Positions 19,147 to 29,480 of a stretch of DNA of 64,000 nt are shown piece after piece. Origin of the DNA: Patescibacteria group bacterium (GTDB lineage Bacteria > Patescibacteriota > Microgenomatia > Levybacterales > UBA12049); contig JBBTVD010000020.1 of assembly GCA_038063415.1 (NCBI GenBank), positions 11,629 through 75,628 of the forward strand. Reading direction: 5' to 3'. The notes under the pieces were generated by a model, which saw nothing but the letters and a program-made list of their open reading frames with translations, was not told the origin of the DNA and did no database searches. Every line of letters begins with the position of its first letter. Within the stretch, counting starts at the first letter, position 1. The translations under genes and the position numbers were made by a program.

Positions 19147-19153
19147 AAAAGCA

Positions 19154-19183
19154 AGTATAGTCCTTTATTGACGTATGTGTCAA
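19154..19183 (-). promoter_or_regulatory. sigma70-like promoter for glmS and its leader (-35 TTGACA, 18-bp spacer, -10 TATACT)
   Basis: Read on the minus strand: 'ttgaca-catacgtcaataaaggac-tatact'. Confidence 0.5.
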
Positions 19184-19220
19184 CTTTCGCTGCAAGGAAA
19201 TTAGTATCACTTTGATGTTG

Positions 19221-19248
19221 TTGTCAACAAAAAAAAAGATGCTATAAT
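19221..19248 (+). promoter_or_regulatory. sigma70-like promoter for galU (-35 TTGTCA, 16-bp spacer, -10 TATAAT), very short leader
   Basis: 'ttgtca-acaaaaaaaaagatgc-tataat' ends 9 nt before the ATG at 19258. Confidence 0.5.
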
Positions 19249-19257
19249 GAGTGCCAT

Positions 19258-20145
19258 ATGGCAAAAAAAATCCGTAAAGCAGTGATCCCCGCAGCTGGTT
19301 TTGGTACCCGCTTTCTTCCTCAGACAAAGTCTATTCCGAAGGAAATGCTTCCAATTGTTGATAAGCCAGTGATCCAATATGTCGTCGAAGAAGCTGTTAA
19401 ATCAGGCATTCAGGATATCATTATTGTCACTGGCGCACTTAAGCGGGCGATTGAAGATCATTTTGATGTACCAAACGCTGATCTTATCCAGAATCTTGAA
19501 ATGGGTAAAAAAGAGAAATTGCTTGAGCAAGTAAAAGCTATCTCTGAGATGGCAAACTTTATTTATATCCGGCAAAAAGGTCTGTATGGCAACGGTACTC
19601 CTGTGCTTTCCGCAGCATCAGTGATCGATAATGAATTTTTTGCTGTGCTTTGGGGAGATGAATTTATCTACAGTGATCCACCACGACTTGCACAGATGAT
19701 GGAAGTCTATGAAAAATATGGTGGGGCAGTTATTTCAGGTGTTCGTATCCCAAAGAAAGCAGATCTGAAGCGTTATGGTATTGCTGATGTAGAGACGGTT
19801 GAGGGCAATGTGTATAAGATCAAAAACATCGTTGAGAAACCTGATCCAGACAAAGCTCCTTCAAATCTTGCAACGCATGGTGCTTATATCTTGCCACCAG
19901 AAATTTTTGATATCCTGCGAGATCAGAAACCTGGAACCGGGGGAGAGATCTATCTTCCTGAAGCAATCGATGCCTTGATTAAGACAGGTTATCCAGTCTA
20001 TACCTGTGAGATCAAAGACGCCCATTATTATGACACCGGGAACAAGCTTGAATATATGAAGACCATTGTCCAATTCGCGCTCAAGCATCCAGATATCAGT
20101 GATGACTTCAAAACATTCCTCAAGACAGTAAATCTTGACCGCTAG
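19258..20145 (+). CDS. galU: UTP--glucose-1-phosphate uridylyltransferase
   Basis: 'KAVIPAAGFGTRFLPQTKSIPKEMLPIVDKPVIQYVVEEAV' and overall collinearity with GalU. Confidence 0.85.
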   Translation: MAKKIRKAVIPAAGFGTRFLPQTKSIPKEMLPIVDKPVIQYVVEEAVKSGIQDIIIVTGALKRAIEDHFDVPNADLIQNLEMGKKEKLLEQVKAISEMANFIYIRQKGLYGNGTPVLSAASVIDNEFFAVLWGDEFIYSDPPRLAQMMEVYEKYGGAVISGVRIPKKADLKRYGIADVETVEGNVYKIKNIVEKPDPDKAPSNLATHGAYILPPEIFDILRDQKPGTGGEIYLPEAIDALIKTGYPVYTCEIKDAHYYDTGNKLEYMKTIVQFALKHPDISDDFKTFLKTVNLDR

Positions 20146-20206
20146 CGGATAGAGGCGAGAACGTAATTTACAACTCCACCTCTGTATCATTATACTAAAT
20201 ATCATT

Positions 20207-21616
20207 ATGAGTGCAGAAGACCCCCCAGAACCACCACCAAGCGAAGAGGAGAGAAGAGCTGCGTTAGATGCTGCTCATCAGCAGATTGTAAAAGCTGGCC
20301 GTGATCCCCGATTAAATCTATTTAGATTTCGTCGTGGTCGATTTGGAAGACCAAAGGTTCTTAACGAATTTAATCCTAGTACCCGGCTTTGGTTAGCCGA
20401 TCAAGAACTTAAGCTTGATGCTCCTGATGAGGATGGTCAACAACGCGTCACAGAACTTGCGGATATCTCTCGTCCAGAAGGATCACCTCCTCCACTTCTT
20501 ACAACAGAAGAGCCGAGGCGTGAGAAATTTTGGTCAGAGTATCTTCCTCGCGAAAAGAGAGAAGCAGTGTTAGGCATTATTAGTGATAGAGCAAAGGAAA
20601 AGCTGACAAGTCGGTCTGAATTTGCGCAAGCAGCTGAAGCAGGCAGACTTGGCCCTTTTCTTGCAGAATCCTTTGCTGCGGTATCAGAAATTCATGCTAC
20701 AAATATGTATGAAGAAAAACTTACTATCGATAAAAAAGAAGAGAGTATTATCGTCGCTGGGAAAATGAGATTTATGGTTTCAAATAGAGATGAAGCAAGA
20801 AGGCTCTCAAAAATTTTTCAAGACCTACTTCCTTCAGTTAACCCAGCGAAATATAAGCTCTTGGTAGATACTGGTACGACCGATGCTGGACAGCATTATT
20901 TTGAAGTAGAGAATTTCAATGAACATCAAGCTCGTACGCTTGCACGAACGATAGAAGACATACAGGCGGAAGAAGAAAGTCAATTTACTATGCCTGAGCT
21001 TAAGTGGACAATGTTGGGGTTGGCAGAGCGGGGAGAAACAATGTCTAAGGAAGTCAGAGGACGAATGCTTGCTGCAGCGGTTAACTATCGCCAATTAAAA
21101 TTATTTGTTAATGGCGCTGATATGAGCGATCAAATTCTCAAAGCATTACTGGCAAGGGAAGCTGATCCTTCATTACAGGGTATACGAAATATTTTTAATC
21201 ATGGAGCCTCTGTTGCTGGTAGAACTACCCCAAACCAAGAACAGCATCCTGATCCAGAACAACGATCATGGTTAGAAGAAGGCATCACGTTAAAGCGTGA
21301 TGCTGATGAATCTCCTGATGATATTTCTCAGGGTCCCAGTACTTCTCGTATCTTAAAACCTCATGAACGAGCTGGAAGGAAAATAAAACAGAGAGTCTCA
21401 TATGTAAAAAAGCATCCTCTTGAATCGGTTGTGCAAGCAGGGCTAAAAGTGTATGCCGGGGCTGAAATTACCGGAGCATCAATATTAAAGATTCCTGATA
21501 CTGCAAGAGCAGTAAAAAAGGGAGGTAAGAATGTGATTGAATGGAGACGAAATACAAAAGAAGCCATTGCTGCAGGAACAAAATTAGATGAAAGAGTAGA
21601 GGAAACTGCTGCGTAA
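20207..21616 (+). CDS. hypothetical protein (469 aa), soluble, charged
   Basis: ORF only. No TM and no recognised motif. Confidence 0.4.
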   Translation: MSAEDPPEPPPSEEERRAALDAAHQQIVKAGRDPRLNLFRFRRGRFGRPKVLNEFNPSTRLWLADQELKLDAPDEDGQQRVTELADISRPEGSPPPLLTTEEPRREKFWSEYLPREKREAVLGIISDRAKEKLTSRSEFAQAAEAGRLGPFLAESFAAVSEIHATNMYEEKLTIDKKEESIIVAGKMRFMVSNRDEARRLSKIFQDLLPSVNPAKYKLLVDTGTTDAGQHYFEVENFNEHQARTLARTIEDIQAEEESQFTMPELKWTMLGLAERGETMSKEVRGRMLAAAVNYRQLKLFVNGADMSDQILKALLAREADPSLQGIRNIFNHGASVAGRTTPNQEQHPDPEQRSWLEEGITLKRDADESPDDISQGPSTSRILKPHERAGRKIKQRVSYVKKHPLESVVQAGLKVYAGAEITGASILKIPDTARAVKKGGKNVIEWRRNTKEAIAAGTKLDERVEETAA

Positions 21617-21681
21617 GATTCTATCTGTGTGCTAATCTAAATATTTTTGCAAAAAAGAGAAAGAGCCGATACAATAGAAAC

Positions 21682-22332
21682 ATGGTGCGCTCTCTACAAC
21701 TTTTTTTTCTCGGAGCAGTTTTCTTTTTTGCCTTCGTCTTTTTCTCCTATCTTGTCCACGAAAACCTTTTTACCAAGATTGATTTTAATACCACCGTCCG
21801 TTTGCAGGACAATATCGGCCGCAATTGGGATCGAGAGTTCTCTTGGTTTAGTGAGCTTGGGAGTTTTGAATTCATGCTTATTTTCTTGGTGTTGCTCTTT
21901 GCCTTGCTTCGTAAATGGGTTGCTGGCTGTATCGCTTTTGTTTTGTTTGGGATGCTTCATGTCGTTGAGCTTTTTGGCAAATATATGGTGAATCATCCAC
22001 CACCCATGCAGTTTATGCTCAGGACTGAAAATATGCTGGATTTCCCTCAATTTCATGTCAGGGCTGAATACTCGTATCCTTCAGGTCATGCAGGTCGTGC
22101 TTTTTTCCTTTCTGCCATTTTGCTTGTCCTGCTTTGGCAAGTTAAAAAATTTCCTTTATGGATAAAAGTAGGCTTATCGGGAGCCATTGTTGGTTATGAT
22201 CTTGCAATGATTGTTTCTCGTGTTACCCTGGGAGAGCATTGGATGACTGATGTTGTTGGGGGCGCGTTACTTGGAATGAGTTTGGGTCTTCTCACAAGCA
22301 TCTTTTTGGTAAAAACAAAAAATAGTTCTTGA
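21682..22332 (+). CDS. PAP2-superfamily membrane phosphatase
   Basis: PAP2 motifs 'YSYPSGHAGRAF' and 'SRVTLGEHWMTDVVGG'. Multiple TM helices. Confidence 0.7.
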   Translation: MVRSLQLFFLGAVFFFAFVFFSYLVHENLFTKIDFNTTVRLQDNIGRNWDREFSWFSELGSFEFMLIFLVLLFALLRKWVAGCIAFVLFGMLHVVELFGKYMVNHPPPMQFMLRTENMLDFPQFHVRAEYSYPSGHAGRAFFLSAILLVLLWQVKKFPLWIKVGLSGAIVGYDLAMIVSRVTLGEHWMTDVVGGALLGMSLGLLTSIFLVKTKNSS

Positions 22333-22372
22333 CACAAATAAGACAAACTGGTCTACTATAAATGGAGTTATT

Positions 22373-24544
22373 ATGTTGGAACGAGGTATGAAGCTAAACG
22401 GATTTAATCAATTTTTTACTACTTCTAAATCTTCGTTCATCCTGATCGGTATACTGCTCGTTACGATGGTTGTTGCGGTTAGTGTGTCGCTAACTCCTCA
22501 GGGACAACCAAGTCAGGCAGCTTTGGGAGCCAACATCGTTAAAAACCCTTCATTTGAGAGCGGCAAAACATCATGGCAGTTAAATCAACGATCACCTGGG
22601 AAGGGAACTTTTGCTACCACGACAAGCACAAAAAATGAAGGCAACAATTCCGCGCAGATTACGGTTACAAGAACTTCTTCAAATCCTGCAGGTGTAGAAC
22701 TAGCTCAATATGGTTTGCCTCTCACAGCAGGCAAGACATATACTGTTAGCTTTTGGGCGAAGGCATCAGCTAATCGTTCGATTAGAAATGTTATCCAACT
22801 TTCTTCTAGTCCTTATACTCTTTATTCAGACAAGACGTTTTCTCTTACATCAAACTGGCAACAGTTTTCTTATACTTTTAACTCTACTGTAACCAAAACA
22901 AACATATTGCTTGGCTTTCAAATGGCACAGGCAACGGGAACAGTGTGGATAGATACGGTGCAATTTGCGGAAGGTACAGTAACGAGTGCGACCCCTACCG
23001 TAACGCCTACTCCCATAGCGAACGCTACTTTATATGGTAAAGAAGGGACATTTGGACAATTGGCAACTGCTACAACACTTCCTTCAGGGCAGACTTTTAA
23101 GGCTGTCCCTGTCACTAATTGGGGTTTTCTTCCTGGCGAATCTGGATTCTTCTCCAATATTGCTTCAAATGGAGAAATTGTTATAGGAACGACTCCTTTA
23201 ACTGATAATCAAGTTTATTCTACCGGAGACACGATGGATATCGGTGTCTTTAACCCTGCAACAAATTCCTTCCGTAATATTATGGTTCCGACTACTACTG
23301 GTAAAACCAATGTAACTAATCCCTTCCATCCAGTTGGTGGGGCAAGTGTTGAAAGTCTTGTACCTGTTACGGTTGCTGGGCAATCTCGTTTGGCTTTTAT
23401 TTCTCTTGTTCCCTATCATGGATGGGATATTGCACAAAATGGTGAATTTCCAAGTCTAGGCTATCTAGATGTCGTTAATGGAAGTGTTCAATACAATCCA
23501 ACTTTATCCAAGTCTGCGAATCAGATTTATGGCAATGGTGGTGCTAGTGCTGTCGCCTGTCCACAAAGCGCGAACATTTTTGGACAACAAGTTGCAAACT
23601 GCCGAGGGTTTGGTGAAATGAGCTTATTACCACTCTCTCAAAAGTTTGTCATCACACAATATTTTCCTGATACTGCAAAAGGAGAGTATAGTGGCCGTAT
23701 CATTGTGATGAATACTGATGGATCAGTTGCCGCAAGTTATACCTATCCAAATATCCCGAACTCGAGTGGTGGCTATCTCACTGTCAATCCTCGCGAGGTT
23801 GTTGTTGATCCAACAGCAACTGGTTCGCTGGAATACTTTACCATAATTTCTGATGTAGCAGACAATGGTGTACAGCATCATTTCCCATTGCAGGAATTTG
23901 CCTATAACAGAAGTACCAATCAGATCACGCCAATATCTGCGCCTGTCTTTAGTGGACAGAAAGCTTCCAATGGCCAGATCTATCGTTTTGAGACAGCGAT
24001 GTACGACTCTTTAGGAAATCTTTGGGCAACACAAGCTCTCTCCGGCTCTCTTGCGGGAGGACCGATTGTTGTTTACACAAAAAATTCTGGGGTACGCAAG
24101 CTTGAAACTGCAACATGTACTGTGACGTTGCCTTGGACAGGTATTGATTGGGGAAAGACCTGTACTCCTGACCGTAGCGTGGCGGGTACGGGTGAATATG
24201 GTCAAACGAGAAGTTTTACGCAGGATCCCACAACTAAAACAGTCTTTGCCACGACACTTTCAGGATATTTATTGCGAGTAAAGCAATCAGGCAGCGGAAC
24301 AGGCTTAACTTTGACAAACCTCTCACCAATTACTATTGGTATGGATCAGTTAGTCGATCGGAATCAAAAAGCTATTGGTGTTAGAAAAGGAGTTGTTGAT
24401 GTGAAAAATCGAGCCCTTTATATCCCAGTAGTTCAAGTATACAACCAAACAGACTGTCCTACTTGGCCAGGAAGTACACCCTGTGCGCTGCAATCTTTCG
24501 ATCAGTGGCTTTATCGGTTTAATCTGGATGCAATTTCTTCCTAA
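22373..24544 (+). CDS. secreted/membrane-anchored protein with an N-terminal CBM4/9-like module and a large uncharacterised C-terminal domain (723 aa)
   Basis: TM 'FILIGILLVTMVVAVSVSL'. 'NIVKNPSFESGKTSWQLNQRS...AQITVTRTSSNPAGVELAQYGLPLTAGKTYTVSFWAKASANRSI...TVWIDTVQFAEG' is paralogous to the C-terminus of 13140..14648. Confidence 0.55.
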   Translation: MLERGMKLNGFNQFFTTSKSSFILIGILLVTMVVAVSVSLTPQGQPSQAALGANIVKNPSFESGKTSWQLNQRSPGKGTFATTTSTKNEGNNSAQITVTRTSSNPAGVELAQYGLPLTAGKTYTVSFWAKASANRSIRNVIQLSSSPYTLYSDKTFSLTSNWQQFSYTFNSTVTKTNILLGFQMAQATGTVWIDTVQFAEGTVTSATPTVTPTPIANATLYGKEGTFGQLATATTLPSGQTFKAVPVTNWGFLPGESGFFSNIASNGEIVIGTTPLTDNQVYSTGDTMDIGVFNPATNSFRNIMVPTTTGKTNVTNPFHPVGGASVESLVPVTVAGQSRLAFISLVPYHGWDIAQNGEFPSLGYLDVVNGSVQYNPTLSKSANQIYGNGGASAVACPQSANIFGQQVANCRGFGEMSLLPLSQKFVITQYFPDTAKGEYSGRIIVMNTDGSVAASYTYPNIPNSSGGYLTVNPREVVVDPTATGSLEYFTIISDVADNGVQHHFPLQEFAYNRSTNQITPISAPVFSGQKASNGQIYRFETAMYDSLGNLWATQALSGSLAGGPIVVYTKNSGVRKLETATCTVTLPWTGIDWGKTCTPDRSVAGTGEYGQTRSFTQDPTTKTVFATTLSGYLLRVKQSGSGTGLTLTNLSPITIGMDQLVDRNQKAIGVRKGVVDVKNRALYIPVVQVYNQTDCPTWPGSTPCALQSFDQWLYRFNLDAISS

Positions 24545-24601
24545 GGAAATCTGGTCTCTGTTGATAGTCGAGGCAACGTTTGTTTGGGAAAACGAGTACG
24601 A

Positions 24602-25405
24602 TTAATAGCTATTGATCTCAGACATGGAGTCGCGATTTTTTTGCGGGTTCTCGTATTCGTACTGATATTCATAATTGTTATTACGGTAAGTCTTTTTATC
24701 TTCCTGCAGAGAATCATTCCAATTATAAGCTGTTAAGAGTGCTCCCGCAATAATTAATGCTATTTTGACATTTTGGTGATTCATTGAGATTGAGAAACTT
24801 GGATATTTGTCTGATAATCCAACAAGATAAGCTGTCTGGGCAAGCGATACTCGAAGAGTATCATGTTCAAATTCATACAGGCTTTCAGGGAAGGATTTTT
24901 TGAAGAGAACAGTAAACCAGGAGATTATCATAGCAAGAGAGCTTCCATTACTTAGTACTTGGGAAAAGATCTGATAAGGCACAAGTAGAATAAATCGCAC
25001 AATAAATCCTAGAATTGGTATCGCTAACCATTTGTTTGGATGAGCTGGCTTTGGCATATCAAGTGCAAAATGCCCATCTGTTTTGAGGCTAAATCCTGGA
25101 TATTTGTCTGACAGTCCATAAATAAAGACGGAAATTTTGGTCGAAAATCGCATCACGCCGATGAAAAAACGATAGCCTGGATCCCAGTATTTTCCAGTAA
25201 ACTGAACAACAAACCAGGCAATAAGCAGAACAAATGGGAAAGCGATTGCAAGAACAATACTTTCAATAAAGACGGGGATAAGGATGATGAGTTTTATAAG
25301 GAGACCGAAAAAAGGAAATGCATAAAAGCGATTAGGTTTTTTGTTTGGCGGGATAACCAGATGTGGATAGAAGGTTTTTGCTGTCTTTGTTCCTTGCTCT
25401 TCCAT
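24602..25405 (-). CDS. membrane protein with two DUF4389-like repeats
   Basis: Internal duplication ('...FIYGLSDKYPGFSL...' and '...YLVGLSDKYPSFSI...'), each following TM hairpins. Confidence 0.45.
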   Translation of the reverse strand: MEEQGTKTAKTFYPHLVIPPNKKPNRFYAFPFFGLLIKLIILIPVFIESIVLAIAFPFVLLIAWFVVQFTGKYWDPGYRFFIGVMRFSTKISVFIYGLSDKYPGFSLKTDGHFALDMPKPAHPNKWLAIPILGFIVRFILLVPYQIFSQVLSNGSSLAMIISWFTVLFKKSFPESLYEFEHDTLRVSLAQTAYLVGLSDKYPSFSISMNHQNVKIALIIAGALLTAYNWNDSLQEDKKTYRNNNYEYQYEYENPQKNRDSMSEINSY

Positions 25406-25453
25406 ATTTCAACCGTATATCAATCGTGAATCCTTGTCAAGCAGTACTTTTAT

Positions 25454-26233
25454 TTAGGTGATAAATATTTGTAACCAACCGGGATGGTGGGCATTGATAA
25501 GTGCCAGATAGAGGATAAGATCAAGTGTCAGATGGATCGTTATGACATAGAGAAGTGAATCGGTTTTTCTAAAGATATATCCTTGAGCAAGAGCAAATGG
25601 ATAAATGGCAAATGGTGCCCATCCGATAAATCCTAGCTCAAAGAGGAACGAGGTAAAAAGTACCGCTTGTGCCGCGTTTGCCATCCAGAAAGAGAAATGC
25701 TTTCTGAGGATGGCCAGTACCGTGCTCACAAAAAAGAATTCATCCCACGTACCAAGGCCGTTGGTTCCGAGAAAAAGCATGAAGAGGTTGTCAGCACCTG
25801 GTTCAACTGTCCAATTAAGATACGCGCCCGTATTCCTCAGATAAAAGGGGAGAATTAGATACGCAATAGCCGCAGTGATGAAGATATACATAATTTCTTT
25901 GCGATACCATTTGCGGCCATGATGGAAAGGGAAGCGAATGGTATTTTCTTTGAACATATATCTGGTAATAATGAAGGGGAGGATAATCGCCAAAAGTAGC
26001 GGTGTCCCCATTTGCAAAATATGAAGCAAGCTTATATCGGTATTAATTTCGGTAAGGCCGAGGATGCCAAGTGCCCCAACGACAAGCAACATATCCCGAC
26101 GGAAATGCTTTTCTGTAAAAAGAAGGAGTATGGTAGTTGTTCCAAGAAGTATCCAACCAAGAGACTTCATTTGCAAGGCAATAAGGACAATTGCGTTAAC
26201 TGCAAGAAGTAAAAGAACAATATATCTTTTCAT
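25454..26233 (-). CDS. polytopic membrane protein, possibly a CPBP (CAAX-protease)-family member
   Basis: 7-8 predicted TM helices. There are weak matches to CPBP motifs (a 'DEFFF' region and a His in 'RKHF'). The assignment is tentative. Confidence 0.3.
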   Translation of the reverse strand: MKRYIVLLLLAVNAIVLIALQMKSLGWILLGTTTILLLFTEKHFRRDMLLVVGALGILGLTEINTDISLLHILQMGTPLLLAIILPFIITRYMFKENTIRFPFHHGRKWYRKEIMYIFITAAIAYLILPFYLRNTGAYLNWTVEPGADNLFMLFLGTNGLGTWDEFFFVSTVLAILRKHFSFWMANAAQAVLFTSFLFELGFIGWAPFAIYPFALAQGYIFRKTDSLLYVITIHLTLDLILYLALINAHHPGWLQIFIT

Positions 26234-26262
26234 TACGAAATTATTGTAGCAAAAACATCAGA

Positions 26263-27777
26263 TCATTCCCATTCCATCGTTGCTGGAGGCTTCGTCGTTA
26301 TATCATAGACCACGCGTGAGACATGTGGCACCTCATTCACAATACGAGAAGAGATTTTTTGTAAAACCTCATAGGGGATATTTGCCCAGTGAGAGGTCAT
26401 CACATCAACTGATTCATACGCTCTGATGCCTACAACCTCGGCAAAGACCCGTTCGTCACCTTTGACAGCGGTACTATACGCGCCAGTCATGAGGGCAAAA
26501 CATTGAAAGAGTTGGTCGTAGATTCCTGCCTGTTTGATCTCATCAAGCACAATTCGATCAGCTATTTTAACTTGCTCAAGACGTTCTTCAGTTACCTCAC
26601 CTCGTATGCGAACTGCATAACCTGGTCCTGGGAATGGATGCTGCATCACTACTTCTTCAGGTAGTCCTGCGAGTCGTCCGATTTCTCTCACTTCATCTTT
26701 GTAATAATTTCTGACAGGCTCAAGAAGTTGGAGTTTCATCTCTTTGGGAAGACCTCCTACGTTGTGATGTGACTTGATGTGTGATGCATGCTTGCTCCCT
26801 TTGCTTTCAATGACGTCTGAATAAATCGTTCCCTGTCCAAGAAAAGTTGCATCTTTGTGGAGTGCTGCCTGTTCGTCAAAGATCTCAATATATATTTTCC
26901 CAATTGTTTTCCTTTTTTCTTCAGGATCTGTGAGTCCTTTGAGAGCATCAAGAAATCGTTTTTTTGCGTCAATAACGACCAGATCTGCTTTGACAAGCTT
27001 GGAGAAAATGTAGCGGACAAGGTCGTCTGTCTCTGGGCGCATCAGTCCAGAAACATAGACGGGGATTAAGTTCTGTCCAATTGCTTTCCCGATCAAAAAT
27101 GCAGCAACACTTGAATCAACCCCGCCGGATACTGCACAAATGACTTTGTTACTTCCGACTTTTATTTTGATTTCATCAATAATACTTTGGGGGTCAAGAC
27201 GCATTGGATGCAGTTCTTCATCACAAATAGTTGCAAAGTTTCGAAGAACCTCCAGGCCATATTCGGTATGATTGGCTTCTGGGTGAAACTGGATACCATA
27301 AAGCTTCTCTTTTTCATTTATTACAGCGGTATATTCGACAGCTTTGGTACGAGCAAGTGTTTCAAAACCAGCAGGCAAAGACATGACCGTATCACCATGG
27401 GAAACAATCACGGTAAACTCTTTTTCAGGGAGGTTTTGCAACACCCCTTTTGTTTTGCCGATATGGATTTTTTCAGGACCGTATTCTTTGGCGGTATTTT
27501 TGACGTCGCCACCAAGGAGCTTTGCCATCAGTTGCCAGCCGTAACAAATGCCGAGTATCGGAATGCCAAGCCTAAGAATCTCTTTTTCAATAACCGGAGA
27601 ATTTTTTTCATTTACCGACCGGGGGCTTCCAGAAAGGATAATACCAGCAGGTTTAAGATCTGTTATTGTTTGGAGTGCTTCTTCGGGAGTGGTATAGTGA
27701 ACGTTGACGCCAAGTTGCCTGAGTCTTCGACCGATAAGATGTGCTGTTTGGGAGCCGAAATCAACAACGACTAACAT
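26263..27777 (-). CDS. guaA: GMP synthase (glutamine-hydrolysing)
   Basis: N-terminal class-I glutamine amidotransferase domain ('ILGICYGWQLM', 'SHGD'), an ATP-PPase 'SGGVDSSV' motif and a C-terminal dimerisation domain. Confidence 0.9.
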   Translation of the reverse strand: MLVVVDFGSQTAHLIGRRLRQLGVNVHYTTPEEALQTITDLKPAGIILSGSPRSVNEKNSPVIEKEILRLGIPILGICYGWQLMAKLLGGDVKNTAKEYGPEKIHIGKTKGVLQNLPEKEFTVIVSHGDTVMSLPAGFETLARTKAVEYTAVINEKEKLYGIQFHPEANHTEYGLEVLRNFATICDEELHPMRLDPQSIIDEIKIKVGSNKVICAVSGGVDSSVAAFLIGKAIGQNLIPVYVSGLMRPETDDLVRYIFSKLVKADLVVIDAKKRFLDALKGLTDPEEKRKTIGKIYIEIFDEQAALHKDATFLGQGTIYSDVIESKGSKHASHIKSHHNVGGLPKEMKLQLLEPVRNYYKDEVREIGRLAGLPEEVVMQHPFPGPGYAVRIRGEVTEERLEQVKIADRIVLDEIKQAGIYDQLFQCFALMTGAYSTAVKGDERVFAEVVGIRAYESVDVMTSHWANIPYEVLQKISSRIVNEVPHVSRVVYDITTKPPATMEWE

Positions 27778-27884
27778 GTATCTATTATAAAGATTTTTAT
27801 GTGCTTTGCAATCCTGAAATTACCATTGGATATAAATAGGTCTTGACAAACGTATAAAAAGTTTTCTATTCTATATGTAAGAGT

Positions 27885-28343
27885 ATGAAGAAGAAAACTG
27901 CCCCAAAAGCTGAAATCAAAAAAACAGCTTCCAAGTCAAAAGCACGTCGTACTTCCAGAACATTGTTTCCAGTTATTACCATCCACCGTTTTATTATTGT
28001 GAGTGCAGTTATCATTGCGCTTGGCGCTCTCTTTATCATCCCGCAGAAAAGAGATTTACAGCAAGCTGTTGCTGGTCTTTCTATCGCTAAGCCACTCTAT
28101 TCACAAGCGATTGTCGGTTGGGATGTTGAACCAAAAGCGACAGCGTACAATGTGTATTATAAAGAAGTAGGAGATGATGCTTTCTCAAATGCAGTCCAAG
28201 TCCCAGCTCCGTCAAACACGCATACAATCCAGTTCCTAAAGAAAAATGGCAATTACCTCTATCGGGTAGCAGCAGTTGATGCCAAGGGCAGCGAATATCG
28301 TTGGTCAGACGTAAAAGAAATTGATAATCTCCAGGGGATGTAA
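27885..28343 (+). CDS. membrane-anchored hypothetical protein with a fibronectin-III-like beta domain
   Basis: TM 'FIIVSAVIIALGALFII'. 'YNVYYKEVGDDAF...YLYRVAAVDAKGSE' has an FN3-like pattern. Confidence 0.35.
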   Translation: MKKKTAPKAEIKKTASKSKARRTSRTLFPVITIHRFIIVSAVIIALGALFIIPQKRDLQQAVAGLSIAKPLYSQAIVGWDVEPKATAYNVYYKEVGDDAFSNAVQVPAPSNTHTIQFLKKNGNYLYRVAAVDAKGSEYRWSDVKEIDNLQGM

Positions 28344-28388
28344 CTATTAAATCCTAAATTTAGATATTAGTGCTTATTATATCTTCTG

Positions 28389-28853
28389 CTAGAAAACCTC
28401 AACTCTCGTCCCGATATCTGACCAGGCAAAGAGCCATTCAGCTGAAGCAACGGAGACATTGACGCAACCATGACTTGCTGGTCTTCCTAAATTGTAATTC
28501 CATGGTGCTCCATGAATAGCATAGGCTCCACTATAGTACATAACATACGGAACATCCTTGATGTAGTACTTACCACTTGGATAAATATATTTATATGGAG
28601 AAGACCCTCGCATATCTTGCTTGGCATATTTGCTTTTAATACTAAAAGAGCCTTTTAAGGTAGGAGTAAGGTGCATACCTGTTGAGACTTTTGTTTGATG
28701 TTGGATCTGCCCATTTTGCCAAGCTGTCAAAGTCTGGCTCCCTCGATCAACCGTAATTAACTTATCTGTCGTCGAAATTTGTGCCTGAGCAGGAGAGACT
28801 GAAAAAACAAAAAAAAGTACAAAAGAGGTAAAAAGGAGAGCAATCCGTTTCAT
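28389..28853 (-). CDS. L,D-transpeptidase (YkuD family), secreted
   Basis: Signal peptide plus catalytic motif 'YAIHGAPWNYNLGRPASHGCVNV'. Confidence 0.75.
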   Translation of the reverse strand: MKRIALLFTSFVLFFVFSVSPAQAQISTTDKLITVDRGSQTLTAWQNGQIQHQTKVSTGMHLTPTLKGSFSIKSKYAKQDMRGSSPYKYIYPSGKYYIKDVPYVMYYSGAYAIHGAPWNYNLGRPASHGCVNVSVASAEWLFAWSDIGTRVEVF

Positions 28854-28904
28854 AACTCAAGCATACCATGTTTTTTGGCAGATTGTCCAGGAGCTTTTAA
28901 AAGA

Positions 28905-29432
28905 CTAGCCTCTTGGCACAACAGCCACGCTGCTTACCCTCGTCAATCGTTGGTGGCCTCTTTTGGGATTGTGGTGTTTAACTTCTCCAATAGTAATAGG
29001 GATCTGGCCAATTGACGGGCGGGTAAAAATGCCAATCTTAGGACGTATGGCACCTGTTACCTCATCTCTTCTCAATTCAAATCCGACAACATATAAGTGT
29101 TGCGTCTTTGGTGCCTGGACAACTCTTCCTAAGGTCGATCTATCAGAGGTAAGGGTCAGTCTCCTCCTCCCTTCACGTATTTCATCAAAACGTACTCGTA
29201 CAACGGTCCCTGGGAATGGATCTGCATAGGTATCTCCTTCTTTTTCTAATTTTGTTTGTGAGCTGAGTAATTCGCTTTGGTTCTTGGCTGTTGCACGAAG
29301 CTGGAATCTGGTCTTAGCCATTTGTTCATCCGTGATATCTTTAACTCCAGGAAAGGCAAGAGGCCCACATTGGTCGGTAAAGGTATGATCATTCCATCCG
29401 TCTGGAATCTCTTGAAGATATTCTATTTCCAT
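28905..29432 (-). CDS. hypothetical protein (175 aa)
   Basis: ORF only. Confidence 0.35.
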   Translation of the reverse strand: MEIEYLQEIPDGWNDHTFTDQCGPLAFPGVKDITDEQMAKTRFQLRATAKNQSELLSSQTKLEKEGDTYADPFPGTVVRVRFDEIREGRRRLTLTSDRSTLGRVVQAPKTQHLYVVGFELRRDEVTGAIRPKIGIFTRPSIGQIPITIGEVKHHNPKRGHQRLTRVSSVAVVPRG

Positions 29433-29480
29433 CAGGATATTATAGAAGATAAGCCCATAGTTGTAAAGGGGGGTGGTGGA

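Noticed and set aside
22329-22360. TTGACA-containing putative promoter for the 22373 gene
   Set aside because: The spacing to any -10-like hexamer is 19-22 bp, so it is not convincing.
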